Made by a program: the position numbers and the translations under genes
Notes under the pieces: generated by a model
The model's database searches: none
What the model saw: the letters and a program-made list of their open reading frames with translations, nothing else
Told to the model about the DNA's origin: nothing
Shown: in pieces, positions 10,601 through 25,610 of the stretch
Layout: each line of letters begins with the position of its first letter
How positions within the stretch are numbered: position 1 is the first letter of the stretch
NCBI RefSeq assembly: GCF_006345805.1
Contig: NC_043010.1
Coordinates: 26,102,001-26,166,000, forward strand
Source of the DNA: Octopus sinensis
Taxonomy: Eukaryota
Reading direction: 5' to 3'
DNA length: 64,000 nt

Positions 10601-12982
10601 ACTTCTCATTCGTGGTAGATTCGAACGTGAATATGCTGACCGCTGTTGCTTTTCATCATCGGAGAACACCTCCTCCCGATAGACCGTGCCTGTTCATAAC
10701 ACGTACGATTCTCCAGTGTAAGGAGACTTCGGGACACTCTGTTTCGACGTTATTGTGTGTCCCTTCATTCAAAGCTACACTGTCGGGTCAATAAATCTAG
10801 CATGAGTACGAACTTGAATTATTACCTATGTGGTAGACGTCAGCATGCATAGCAAATTAATTGTTTGCTGAATTTTAGAAACAAGAGGCCGTGCTCTTGT
10901 TAGATTCGTAGCCCCGGTGGGGTTAACTTTCACAAAAGAAACAACATCACTGATCAGATATTCACATTCGAAGATGCTAGAACGTATTGAGAATGGACAC
11001 GTTAAAGCAAAAAAAAATGGCATAGGGGTTACAACTCAGACGTCACGTCCGATTTTTTGCGTCCCCTTGTATGAAAGACGACTGAAAAAATTAAATATGT
11101 ATTTTCTTTATTTCTATCTTCCCTTCTAATTTAGATAATTTAAAATATTTGCTACTTTTTGACTAATTTAAAATGTTCAATCCTTATACCAGCCTACATG
11201 AATCTATGAGTCTTAGTCCATGAATTTACCACTAAAAATATTTTTTCCTTTACTGAGAGAATATTAGAAATGAATATCTAGTTTCCCAGCATGCGAAACA
11301 GATACGGCCGTTTTGCAGAGGTTGTTGCAAACCGAACCGGACCTATTAGGGGACCACAACTGGATGGATAATCATAAAAGACTTATTTAGCCCGTTTTCA
11401 AAAACGTATTGAATGCGTTTGCTCTTACAAACACGAGAAAAAGTACTCAATACCAGAAGTAGATTGAAATAATTTATTATAATTAAAACTTTACAATAAC
11501 GTTTCTTGGTTTCTCATATAATTATAATATGTGTTATTAATAAGCAGGTTGATTTTTCACAGAAGCATTTGAAAGCAGTCCATCGATCTTATTCGTTGGT
11601 CGGAATAACGAAATAGTTGCCGCGTAACTATTGTTAGTGGTTACAGATCTTAAAAGATCAACTTATAAGAATATATTGCAAGTTAATAAACTATCAACAA
11701 TTAAAGTGTATATAAATATTAAGAGTCAAAACTACTTATTTACAGCCGCTGCAACAAACAAGGGAAAGGAAGTTCTTCGTTTTCCCTCAGAAAATTTTTT
11801 TATAGATTCAAGTTGTAAATTTGTAAAAATGAACTGGGATTTGTACCAACAAAACAAAACCATTTCTGATTTATGATGTTTTCATTTTGGAAAAGACCGG
11901 TATTTTCCCCAGATAAGAAAAGCCGGCACACATCCCTCCATTGCTTGGTAGACCCTGACAAACTCAAGAATTTCTTATATTATACAAAAATTAAAGTTTC
12001 TGGATTTTTAAATACCAAATATACTTCGACAAAGTTGTGGGCGATTTTTTTACCTGGAGTATAATTGAAATTTTTCAGTTGGTTAATATATCAATTTGAA
12101 GAGGATCACATTAGAACAATTTTAGGCGATTCTATCTTTGTTGACATCTTATAACATAAAAGTTATAGTTATGAATAAAATTTTGATATTTTATGCCTAT
12201 GAATGTTAGTTCCGGAGAATTCTTGATTCTTGAGATTATCTTCCCATCTTATTCGGAGTTGGTTGCAGTCGTAACCAAGTGTTTATCATCTCTCGAAGTG
12301 AAGATAACTTCAATAAATCAAGAATTTATCCTGATTTATTGAAATTTATCCCGTAGCTGATGTCTCAATGCACGAGGATGTCTTACAGTAGCCATGATAA
12401 GGGAGACTACTTATGCATACCTTGTTCCGATGTGCAGAAGTAGGCTCCCTTAAAACAGTGAGATTTATGGATGTATCAGTAAAACGTTATCTTGTGATAC
12501 ACACAGGTTCATTTATATACATTCAAACATATATATACACACACAATACAACTGACAGGAGATATCTTAGGGATGCATTCTACACACATATTCCAAATAC
12601 GTAATATACTGAGTTAAAAAAAAAACCTTTTGAACAACTCAGATTATCCAAGCAGTTACTACATAAAAACTCCCTCAAGTCAAATTTTAAAGCTATGGTT
12701 AGCTTTAAAATCAAGGGAGGCTACCTTTATATTGTTCAAAATTTTTAATCAACTAATACTACGGCGGTTATTTCTCTTACCGATTTATGTCAGCTTTCGG
12801 GTTTTAAGGTCCCTCAGAGCAAGGGTCTCCAACTACAAGACCGTAGACCAATACTGGCCATGGATTATTTGGTATTGGGCGTCACAGAGTCTGCGAGGCG
12901 TTTTTGTATTATATATGTAATAATTAAATTATATATTACGCAGTTTATTATTTTCTTCTGCGCGTGTTCTCCCGTTCCGTAG

Positions 12983-13083
12983 AAAACTTGTTTTGCATGA
13001 AACCGGTCTGTAATGCAAAGATGATTGAGGAGCTCTGCCCTGGAGTTACGATTGAGCAGGCCTGTGAATCACAGAGAGACTAA
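12983..13083 (+). other. Candidate terminal coding exon of an unidentified plus-strand gene: NLFCMKPVCNAKMIEELCPGVTIEQACESQRD*
   Basis: Pyrimidine-rich acceptor ttttcttctgcgcgtgttctcccgttccgtag, then a GC-richer open frame to TAA. No family recognised and no partner exon identified. Confidence 0.3.
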
Positions 13084-13992
13084 TGGTGACCCACAGGCCA
13101 TCTCCGCTCTTCTTTGTTGACGACGACCACCACCACTTTACGTTGTATCATAAAGTGGCGAATCAACCATACTCAGTGTTGTGGAACAATCTGGACACTA
13201 AGGGGGAATGACAGGCAAATATATGTGTGCTAATCACTTATTTATTTACATGGATATTTATATGAACCTCTCTATTTTCCCTAGGGGATATCATTCTCAA
13301 ACTCCTAATTCAATAGTACCCTTTGGCATTTATCCTTGTATTTCGATTGCTTATATATATGTATGTGTATATATATATTTGTATGTGTATGTATATATAT
13401 CCACTACGTTATCGTATTTTTCTTTATATTTTTTTACTGATATTATACTTATACTTATTTACTCTTTTATGTTTATAATTGTGTGCGTGCATATGTACGT
13501 GTGCATTTTTGCTAACATTGGTGTTTTTTTTTTTAATCCTCTCTAACTTCTCCACTGTTTTGGTTCTTATTATCTTATATTTATATCCTTTTTATGTACT
13601 CCTCTACTCCAAATTCTTATAAAGTGTTGTACATTATCATCATTATTTTTTACATTTTTGGATTTTTCACTCCTTGCATATTTTCCAAATTATATTATTT
13701 TCATCCTGATGCTATAGGAAAATGTATATATATATACATATACAGTGTATATATACATATATGTATGAGTGGATGTATACTTATAGTTTTCTTTTTTGTG
13801 TATACTTCATATTCTATGTAACTTAGCATTTATCCTTGTGTCAAGTGTTCATATATATGCGTGTATATATATTTATATATTAAACATAGACATGTGTAAA
13901 TATACGTTTGTGTGTATATATATATATATATGAGTTCATGTGTGTGTGTGTATTGGTTCATCCATAGGTGTATAGATATAATTATGTGTATA

Positions 13993-14024
<32 letters not shown>

Positions 14025-14860
14025 GTGGCAGTGTGTGTGCATGTATACTTGTTTGGGTGCATAAGGGCATGCTTGTGTGTGAATTGTTTGTGTGTTAGTA
14101 TTTGTCATCAGAAGCGATCCCATTCTGGTGGTCCGTCATCGTTTGATGCTAATCATTTCATCTCCACTTTCCTACAATCATAGTCTTCTACCTACGATTC
14201 TTCTTTTCTCTTATCTTCCTCTAAAGCTTTATATCTTGCCAACCTTTATCTCTCTGCTATTCTCTGACACTTTATCTCTCACCATCTACTTATTACAAAT
14301 AATTTAGTGTAGCTTCGCCTGCTGAAGGGTTTATGACCCTCACCCATATCTCGTTATGCTTCTGTACAAATTCGCTCTCTTACTTTTTGCCAAAACGAAA
14401 GACAACACACATTCCATATCTTGATATGCTTTCTGAACTGAGCTTTAAATTTCAAGTTTTAATTCACCCGAAGGAAACGGTTCTTTTTAATCAGTTTGAC
14501 CATCAATAAAAAAAACCAGGTCTGAAACAGCTGGAGTGAACTTCAAGTCATTTGTGTTTTATCTTTATATAAACACCAAACCTGGAACTTTCCTATGTTG
14601 GATCTGGAACTCACAGCGGATCATGAAACTGCATGTGCGCGTGTGCATAATTCCGCATACATGTCTATTTATATAGATGTGTATGTTGATTTGTTTGTGC
14701 GCATGGATATGTAAACATTAGGGCACTTGCATATATGCATGAGTGTCCATATACGAGATACACAGATTTGCTAGGCTCAACCCTGGTTTCATGCCCTGAT
14801 TATTAAAATACATTGAAACCTACAATTGTGTGTGTGTAATATATATTTATTTATATATTA

Positions 14861-14903
<43 letters not shown>

Positions 14904-15776
14904 CACACACACACACATACTCATTTATTTTTAGGTATGCACATATTGTACTGATATATACACCAAAGGTTTGAGTTCTTGTATGAGTTAATATATATAT
15001 ATAGAGAGAGAAAGAGAGAGGAGGAGGGGAGAGAGAGAGGTGTATCTCAGTTTGTGTAATGCTATATAACATTACAATTCCCTGATATGTCTTACCTTCA
15101 TTTTACTAGTAAGTGGACATTATATAAATATATATATATATATATACACACACACATATGCACAAACAGACACACACATACACATGCACAAACAGACACA
15201 CACTTACACATGCACAAATAGACACACACACGCGCATAATAAACTCCTTTCAGTTTCTGCCTACCAAACCCACTCAGAAGGCTTTGGTCAGTCTGAAGCA
15301 ACAGTAGAAAACATTTGGCCCTAAGGTGCCATGGAGTGGGACTGAACCCGAAGCCATGCAGTTTGCTGCAAAGCAAACTTCTGAGTCCCACATAACCATG
15401 CCCTTTGTTTCGTCTTGTATTTTTCTTTTTCTTTTTTAATTTCTCTTCAATTAAATAGCAGAATACTTTACCAGATACAAGACATGAGAGCGAGAGAAAA
15501 AGAGAGAGGGAGGGCAAGAGAGACAGAGATATAGAGAGATAAAGAGGAAGGGAATGAGAGAATGAGGGATTTAAGGAATAAAGGAACAAGAATAGTGGGA
15601 ACATAAATTATTAAAAGAAGGAAAATGAAAAATGTTTCCTTCTTAAGAATTTTTTCTTTTTTTCTTTGGAATTATACATAAAACAAAAAGGGAAATCGTT
15701 TGTACAAAGTGGGGTAGCCGAAAATAACATAAAACAAAGAAAGAGAAAGAAAAACAAACAAACTAAAGTAGTAATG

Positions 15777-15811
<35 letters not shown>

Positions 15812-16388
15812 GAAAACACTCAATCTTGGTCCTGATTTTATTCTTCTTTTACAAAAAGGACAACAAAATAATAATAATATAGTAGTAGTAGTAGGAACTG
15901 TAGTAATAATAATAAAGATAATAATAAAAATAGTAATGATAATAATGATAATAATAATAATGATAATCTGGCTTAAAAATCAATGTTTCTTCTTTTTAAA
16001 CTTCAGTTACAAAGAAATGCCCAAAAAAGGTTTTTAATTCTTTAATATTTATTTTTCAAACAATGTTTATAGGATTTATGGGTGAGGGTTGGGGGTCAAG
16101 GGCATAGAAAATCAAAAGAAGGCAGTCGATATATAATATGTATGTGTTCGTGTGTGTGTGAGCGTGTGCACATGTGTAGTGGTATAAGCAGGAGGGGGAG
16201 TAGGAACAGAGAGGGTTGTTATATATGGCTACTACAAGTAAAAGTACGCAAGTTCTCAATACTAAGGTGAAATACACACACTTGTGTATATATGCATACA
16301 TACACATACACACACACACATATATATATATATGCATGTATACATACATACATATATGTGTGTGTGTGTATATACATACATATATCTT

Positions 16389-16436
<48 letters not shown>

Positions 16437-18105
16437 TATATATATATATTATATATATATATATACATACATACATACATACATACATACATACATACAT
16501 ACGTGTGTTTGTGTGTATGCATGTATACATATGTATATGCATGTCTGCATGTATATAAAATCAACTACATAAAGTTGTCATTACTGTGTTCCAAGGTAGC
16601 TAGAAACAACTGATGTGTGTCATTTTCCATCAAAGGGAGACAAACAGACATAATAAACTTAGATTTATACCAGAGAAAAAGAGTGGTTGGGGGATGCAGG
16701 AGGGGATGAATGGGATTGAACCAATGCTTTTGGTTTCTTTTTGCTCTTTTCTTTCCACTCCCTCCCAACTAAGGGCATTCATTAGCTTGCACACACATAC
16801 ACACACACACATATGGCTAAAGATAGTCACAACAATACCAGTTGGAAATAAAAAGAGTGAATTAAAAGCAAAACAAGAACACCACATTATACTTTTAACT
16901 TATATATTTATTTTGTTATTTCGGGTCTGAAAACCCCTTGTCAACAGCAAAATACAGATTAAGTTAGATTTGTTCTGCACAGATCAGAAATAATGAAGCA
17001 CTTATTTTCCAAATGCAAACATTGTGTGGATACTGTGACAAACTTTTAAAACCACAGAAAAGAATATTGGAAATTTACAGATTAAAGATCCTTACTAATG
17101 AAGTAAAACTATCAATCAGATCTGATAATTGGCTGCTTTAACACTTACCAACATCCATTTTGTGCATGTCACAATGCACATCGCTATAAGCATCTTGAAA
17201 AAGTAAATAATAACTGCTTTGTTATTTCTGAGCTTTACAGAACAGAGCTGTCTCAACTCCCAGTTTTTCTTGATAAGGGGTTTCTAAACCAGAAATACTG
17301 AACTATAATTTGCAAATGAAAATCATTGTTGTTGCTTTACTTTATTTCACTCTTTTAGATCCAACTTGCCTTATTGCAGTGGTTATCTTAAACACTATTA
17401 AATATAACCTGCAATATATATATATCATCATCATCATCATCATCATCATCGTTTAGCGTCCGTTTGATGATGATGATGATGATATAATATATATATACAT
17501 ACACACACACTCTTTGCAGTGTTCTGTATAATAAGAAAGATGGGGAGAGAGTGAGACAGAGAGAAGCAAAGTAAAAATATGCTTGAGAGGAAGTATAGTT
17601 GATTGAATTGGACCTGGTTATATTACTGGTACTAGTCTAATTTATCAAATCCCTCATCCAACACAGAGGAGCAAAAGGCAAAAAACAAAGTCAATTTGAA
17701 CCACTGGTGCCACTTCCACCACCACCCACCCATGCATCCCAAACTCCCCCCACAGCCCCCACCCACTTTCTGAATTGAATTCAAACATAGAAATGTATGC
17801 AAATGGACAAGTTCACCAATGCCCTATTATTTTTTTTCCTCCCTTTAACTTACTGGAACTGAAAGTAATAAAAAAATAAATAAAAACACCAAAACCCTGC
17901 AAAATACACCCACACACACAGACACACACATTGGTGGAATTTGAACTCAGGATGTGAAGTGCAAAACTACAATACATTATACACTGTACTGCATAATGTA
18001 TATTAAGACATTTTAGTCCCTGTATTGTTTAAACTGTTCTGATAAATTACTACCCTTGTAATACATACAAATACATATATACATGCATACACACACACAC
18101 ACACA

Positions 18106-18139
<34 letters not shown>

Positions 18140-18768
18140 TATCATATACATATATTTTTGTATCTATGTTTATGTATGTATATATGCATATAGTATTTGT
18201 GTAATGGGGGTGTATAGTGCACGACATATAACCAAAGTTCAGAATATGACCATATATTCGTATATACTCATTTCTCATTTTTGAACCCCTCTATCTTCAA
18301 CAAACTCCATAAAGAGGAAGAAGGACAAAAAATTGAACGCTTGGTGAATGGGAACAGATTTGAGTTCTCAGAATCTAAGATGGATTTGGAAAGGAACACT
18401 GCAAAGTAAATGGGGGTTTATTTCTTGGTAGGTGCTCAACCATTTCTTTTTGGGGTGAACTCGTTATATGGAGAGAGAAAAAAATTTTTTTTTAAATGGT
18501 GGAGGTGGAGGGGAGCAATTATCCAGTTATTAATATTAACATCCAGAAATGATAAATAGTTGAAAACAGCATATAAAAAAGAGAGGGCAGAAGGAAAGGG
18601 GTGGAGCATGAGGTGGGGAAATAGATAGAGATATAAATTGTAGTAGAGGTGGGCATGGGAAGTAAGTATAATATTTAAAACAACTGTACAAAATAATGTG
18701 TGTAGGTAGGTAGATACACACACACACAATGATATATATATTCATATATATATAGAATGATATATATA

Positions 18769-18809
<41 letters not shown>

Positions 18810-18899
18810 TATATTTACAGATATATATATACAGATATATGTATACATATATGTAATCATCTATGCATCTATATGTGTATTTATATATATGTATGCATG

Positions 18900-18941
<42 letters not shown>

Positions 18942-20334
18942 CACATATGTATATTTATATATATATATGCTTATATGTGTGTGTGTGTGTGTGTATGCTT
19001 GTATGTATGTGTGTATGTATGAATGTGTGTATGTATGTATGTATGTATGTATGAATGTATGTGTATATGTATGTATAGTGAATTAGTTCCAAGTTGTGCT
19101 ACCTGATGGCAACAATTGCTGGACAACCATAACAATGAAATATAGGCAATATACCAAGTAACAAGGAAGAGGAAAAAAAAATATACAAAAAAACGATTGT
19201 GCTTCAAGCAGCTCGACCGATGTAATTAGTATAAGTTATATATATTCTATATTATTTAGTTAATTAAAGACTAATTACTTAACTAAACTAATAAAACGGT
19301 ACAAAAGTTTATTTGTCTTTTTTTTCTCTTCTACATTCTTGCAAGACACTAATCAAAAACCTTCAATGCAAAAAACAAAAACATTTTTTTTTTTTAATTT
19401 ACAAGACAGAATTTCAACTTCAAAATAAAAAAAAAATTCTTTTCAATTTAAAAAAAAAAGACATGTGAACAAAAAAATCCTTCTGTTGCAGCAGCAGAAG
19501 TAGTAGTAGTAGTAGTGGTAGTAGTAGTAGAAGAAGAAGAAGAAGAAGAAGAGCAACAACAAGTTGAAGATGAACAAGAAAAACACAATATAAGAATTAT
19601 TATTATTATTATTATTGTTATATGCACTCATTTGAAATGGTAGAAGGGAAACAGTAATGAATAGCGTGGTCATCCTGCAAGCAACAGGTACAAGGGTTCA
19701 AATCCTATTGCTCTTCCCTGCCTCTCTTAAACATATGTCTTTTACTGGTCTTTGAGAATGGTTTTTCTTTCATCTTTTATTTCAGTTCTTTAGAGTTCTG
19801 CTTTTTTTGTTTTCTTTTTGGTCTTATGCCTTAGAGGAAAGCTGTGTTCATGAGCCATTTTAAAAATTTTTCGATTTTTTTTTTTTTATCTTTGTCAGGG
19901 CCTCCTGAATTGGTGAAGGATCAGGAGTTAAAAACCCGGTAAATTATAGACTGTTGCTAATCGCCACAGCATTCAATGCTAGAAAGCAGCCCAGCATGAG
20001 GCAAATAGCTATAGGTGGAAGCCTGCTTGCCTGCCTGCCAATATATATATATATATATAGGGTGCTCATCCAATCAAGGGTGAGTCCTAAATAGCAGCAG
20101 ACCTTAGCTGAACGGAGAACCCTCTTCCACCTGTGTCCTGTAATTAAACAGTAGCACTAGACAATGGCCCAGTAAGGAAACAGCACAGCAAAGATATCAA
20201 GCTATCCATAGACGAGATGCTTAATTTAATATCATTTTAACTCAAAATATTTAATGTTATTTTTCTAACAAGGCTAGAGGAAATAAAATGCAAAAGTTTT
20301 TTTTTTTTGTTTCCTGACAATAAAAGAAAGAGAA

Positions 20335-20418
<84 letters not shown>

Positions 20419-23269
20419 TGTACAAAAAATCTTTTAAATAGAGCCCGCTGTGCCAAGATTCAGTTTCAAATTATTACATTTTTTTAGTAAATCCTTGACT
20501 TTCAGCAACTGAAAGTCGCACATTTTTATCAAAATCTTAATTGCTTTAAAGAAATTAGCAAAAGAAAAGAGAATAAAAAACCCCAAAAAAGCCTTTCTCA
20601 TAAAGGAATTTATAATTGAAAGAGGGATAAAATAAAAGGGAAAGCACATACGCAAGTGTGTGTGTGTGTGTGGATGGGTATTATGTGAAGGTGTTTTAAT
20701 GACAATTGATACCTTGATACAAATTGGAAAAAAAAACAAATGATCAAAAGGTAATTGGTGGGGTCAAAGGTTTTAGGGAAACAGTAGCAAGCATAAAGCC
20801 AGACATGAAAAACAACGAAGCTCTATACTTAATATACATGTGTGAGCGTGCATGTGTGTGTGTGTACATATACATACAGACATACACACACAAACACATA
20901 TATATATATATATATACGTATATATAATTAGGCACACACAAATACAAATACCTATACACACACACCCACACATTTATACACGCGTAAGTGTATGCATGTA
21001 TGTGTGGTCCTTATATATGTAACAGCACAGAAAAAAATGTATTTCCAGTAATAATCTTAAAAAAGTTGAATACATTAAGAATTATCCTATTAATGATAAT
21101 AATTATAATATATATATATATATACACACACACATATGTATATATATATACACACAGACACACACACACACACACACATACACATATATGTATTATGTAT
21201 GTATGTATGTATGTGTGAGTGTGTGTGTGTATGTATGTGTGTGTGTATGTATGTATGTATGTATGTATGTGTGTGTGTACGTGTGTGTATGTGTATGTGT
21301 GAGTGTGTGTATGCATCTAAATGTGTTTGTATACACATATGAAATCTCCATTTTATTATTGTATTGGTTATGGGTTTTTATCTTTTTGCAACACTGAAAT
21401 TAGTCTTGTTTTTCTTTTTTTAATTTTTTTTATTATAATGTGTAATACTTGAATAGAAAACAAAATAAAAAAAACATCTGAAATCTAGCAATATTAGTAT
21501 TATTTAGTAGTAGGAGTAGTAGTAGTAGTAGTAGTAGTAGTAATAGTAGTAATAGTTGTAGAAGAATCTGTAAAAAGGCTATGGGCTACACATGTACCAT
21601 TAGATAGAGGTGGGGAATATTTATAAGAACATGGAGGGACTTAAAAGAAAACAATGGAGAAAATATCTTTGCTGGTCAATGGCCAAGGTTGAATGAGTAT
21701 GTAGTGCTGCTGTAGAACGGGCAAAAGATTTTGGTACCTTATTAATATCACCATCATTATCATGGCTTAGTGGTTAGGGGTGTTGGACTTATAATCGTAA
21801 GATTGTGGTTTCAGTTCTTGGACCAGGCTGTGTGTGTCATGTTCTTGAGCAAGATACTTCATTTCGCATGTGAGGGACCATGGAAACTGGGACACTGGTC
21901 CTTACCATTCTGTATGACTCAACAAGGAACTTCACATTTTTACTACAGTACTATTATTATTATTATTGTTGTTACTACTACTACTACTACTACTATAGTA
22001 GTAATAGTATTGTGAGGGCAAGGGCACAGCACTCACAATCATGAAATCATGGTCTTGGTTCCCAAATTGAATGGTGTATCAGGTTCTTGAGTAAAACACT
22101 CCATGTCTCAATGCCCGTTGTGATCCCTTTGACGTCTGTCCTGTAGCACATCATGCACCAGTACAGGTGATGTCAGTTTGATGGAGGCCATGCTTAAACA
22201 GAGCACCAACATTTGATCACTAACTAACAAATCATCTGAGCACAGGTTGTTCAGCAAGAAACTGTGGAGCCCTCATCTATATCCTACAACAGGAGCAGGG
22301 GTCCACAATTATTATAATTATTGTGCAATTAGAGGAATGCAATATGTAATAATACGATACAGATGGACTCTGTTTATTGAACATTATGCCTGCTTGTCTT
22401 TCTCAGTTTCAGAAATAAGACAAGAATAATGAAGATAAACATATTTGTCAGTTATTCACCTCCTGCCCTGGGTGGGTGGGGGAGGGGTCAATGAGCAAAA
22501 TGACAGGAGAGTTCCATCAGATTTATACAAAACCTTTTAACAGTTCTCTCCCTCTTTTAGCCCCCCACTCTCCACTTGTTTTAACCAGTTATGAACAAGC
22601 AAAAACCTTGTCATTAGAGTTGTTTTCCATATATTTTCCTTTTTCCTTTCAACATTATTCTTGCCTTATTTTGAACCTGAAGAAGGCAGATTGTCCTGGT
22701 GAAATATTGTTTAGTTCAATAAATAAAGTCAATCTATTTCTTTTTTATACACATTCTAGTCTTCTGTGTTTTTGCCATTAGGAAGAGTCGCATCAACCTT
22801 CATAAACCATTATCATTATGATTGAACCTATTATTATTATTATTATTATTATTACTACTACTATTAACTATAACAAACATGATACAAGGACCGTCTCTGT
22901 GAAGCTTCTGTTTAAGAAACAAATGTGAGATGAATATGAATATTCTCCAAGCTTCTGTCCGCTCCATCTCCTCTAAAGTGGTACAAAGTAGTGTTAATTA
23001 TAAAGAGAGAGAGAGAATAAAAGAGAGACAGACAGACCAGTGGGCAGGATAGGTGGGCACAGCTGATGCAGAGCGAAGCTAATTTTTCTTCTTCTCTCTG
23101 TGTGTATATTTAGTACGTATGTGTTTGTGTTTGTGAGATCATGTATGTCTGTATATGTGTGTAGCCATGTAAACATACTTATCGGTGTCTATGAGAGTGT
23201 GTGTGTGTGTGTGTCTATGAAAAGCGCATATTAAGGGTCTGAGAAAATGTGTACATATGTGAGAGAGAT

Positions 23270-23271
23270 TT

Positions 23272-23302
<31 letters not shown>

Positions 23303-23303
23303 T

Positions 23304-23401
<98 letters not shown>

Positions 23402-23936
23402 TGTATTTTATATATATATATATGTATATATATATATAATATATATATGTAATATTATATATATATATATATTATATATATATTAATGTATATAATATAT
23501 GTATATATATATATGTATATATATATATGTAATATATATATATATTATATATATATATATATATGTATATTAATATATATATGTATATATATATATACAT
23601 ATGTATATATGTAATATAATATATGTATATAATGTGTATATATATATGTATATATTGTATATAGGTATATATATATGTGTATATATGTAAATTATATATG
23701 TGTATATATGTTATATATAATATATTGTATATATATGTATATATATATTATATAATGTATATATATTGTTATAATATATGTATATATATGTATATATATG
23801 TATATATATATGTATATATATGTATATTATATATATGTATTATATAGGTATATATATATGTATATATATGTATATATATATATGTATATATGTATATATA
23901 TATTATATGTTGTATATATATATGTATGTATATATA

Positions 23937-23968
<32 letters not shown>

Positions 23969-24002
23969 GTATTATATATATGTATATATATATACTATAT
24001 GT

Positions 24003-24052
<50 letters not shown>

Positions 24053-24138
24053 TATGTTATTATATATATATATATCTATATATATTCTATATATATTATA
24101 TATATATATAATTCTATATATCTATAATAATATATATA

Positions 24139-24172
<34 letters not shown>

Positions 24173-24451
24173 TATATATATATATATGTATATATATTCA
24201 TATATATATATATGTATATATATTCATAAATATATATTCATATATATATATATATGTATATATATTCATATATATATAATATATATGTATATATATTCAT
24301 ATATATGATATTCATATATGTATATATATTCATATATATATACATACATATATTCATATATATATATACATACATATATATGTATGTATGTATATACATG
24401 TGTATGTGTATATATATATATACACACACATGTATATATATGTGCACATGC

Positions 24452-24482
<31 letters not shown>

Positions 24483-24549
24483 TACATATGTATACATATA
24501 TATACACATGTATACATATATACACATGTATACATATATACACATATAT

Positions 24550-24589
<40 letters not shown>

Positions 24590-24593
24590 AAAA

Positions 24594-24632
<39 letters not shown>

Positions 24633-24680
24633 TATATACATATATATATGTATTATATATATATACATACACACACACAT
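23270..24680. repeat. 1.4-kb compound (TA)n/(TATG)n microsatellite starting about 170 nt past the NDRG stop codon
   Basis: Directly visible. It is the longest of many such tracts (for example 30-830, 33390-33570, 54350-54640, 59320-59610). Confidence 0.95.
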
Positions 24681-24846
24681 ATGTCTGTCAGAAATGTGCC
24701 ACAACAGTCTTGAGAAAAAAACATGAAGGATTCTGAAGAAGAACAAAAAAGAAATTCTTTACCATTTTTTCTTTTGCTTTTTTCTTTTTTTTTTTGGAAT
24801 AAAATAGAAAGTAATAATAAAAAAAAACCAAACAATCAAAAACAAG

Positions 24847-24992
24847 TTAGTGCTGTGCCACTCTTGGAGGGCTTGTTGAATAGATGCCTCGAGGTTGATC
24901 TGCTTCTTCCATTGACATACTACGGTTACGGTGCTGAATTGGACCGTCTTGGGAGGCAGAACGTTGAACACGGGGCATCGGAACACCACCCA
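24847..24992 (-). CDS. NDRG: NDRG-family terminal coding exon: (M)GGVPMPRVQRSASQDGPIQHRNRSMSMEEADQPRGIYSTSPPRVAQH*
   Basis: cgtgtttacag|TGGGTGGT...CAC TAA. Phase 1 entry, stop at 24849-24847. RSMSMEEADxPR matches the recalled ZK1073.1-type C-terminus. Confidence 0.9.
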
Positions 24993-25175
24993 CTGTAAAC
25001 ACGAAAAAACAAGAAAATTACTAATTCAATGAACACAGACAGAGTACTTAGAGTACTTAGAGTACTTGTTAAATGTGACCTGACCCCTTCAGTTGCCATA
25101 TTCCTGTAGAAATACTCTGCGATTGTTTCAGTTAATTTTGAAAATTAAGAAGAATTTATCAAATTAAATAGAATC

Positions 25176-25610
25176 TTTTCTACTCTAGGTACAAGTCCTG
25201 AAACTTTTGGCAAGTGGGGCCAGTCGATTACATCGACCCCAGTACACAACTGGTACTTAATTCATAGACCCCAAAAGGATGAAAAGCAAAGTTGACTTGG
25301 CAGAATTTGAACTCAGAATGTAAAGACAGGCGAAATACCGCTAAACATTTCGCCTGGTGTGCTAACGTTTCTTATTTCTTTATTGCCCACAAGGGGCTAA
25401 ACATAGAGAGGACAAACAAGGACAGACAAACTGATTAAGTCAATTACATCGAACCCCAGTGCATAGCTGGTACTTAATTTACCAACCCCGAAAGGATGAA
25501 TGGCAAAGTCGACCTCAGCAGAATTTGAACTCAGAACGTAATGGCAGACAAAATACCACCAAGCATTTCACCTGGCATGCTAACGTTTCTGCCTGCTCAC
25601 CGCCTTCGAT
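25176..25610 (-). mobile_element. Dimer of the same tRNA-derived SINE
   Basis: Reverse complement of the two-tail architecture at 9258-9645, with the same junction. Confidence 0.85.

Noticed and set aside
24723-24998. Track ORFs 24723..24998 (plus) and 24759..24989 (minus)
   Set aside because: They are the wrong strand or frame of the NDRG terminal exon; the phase-consistent frame gives GGVPMPRV...AQH*.
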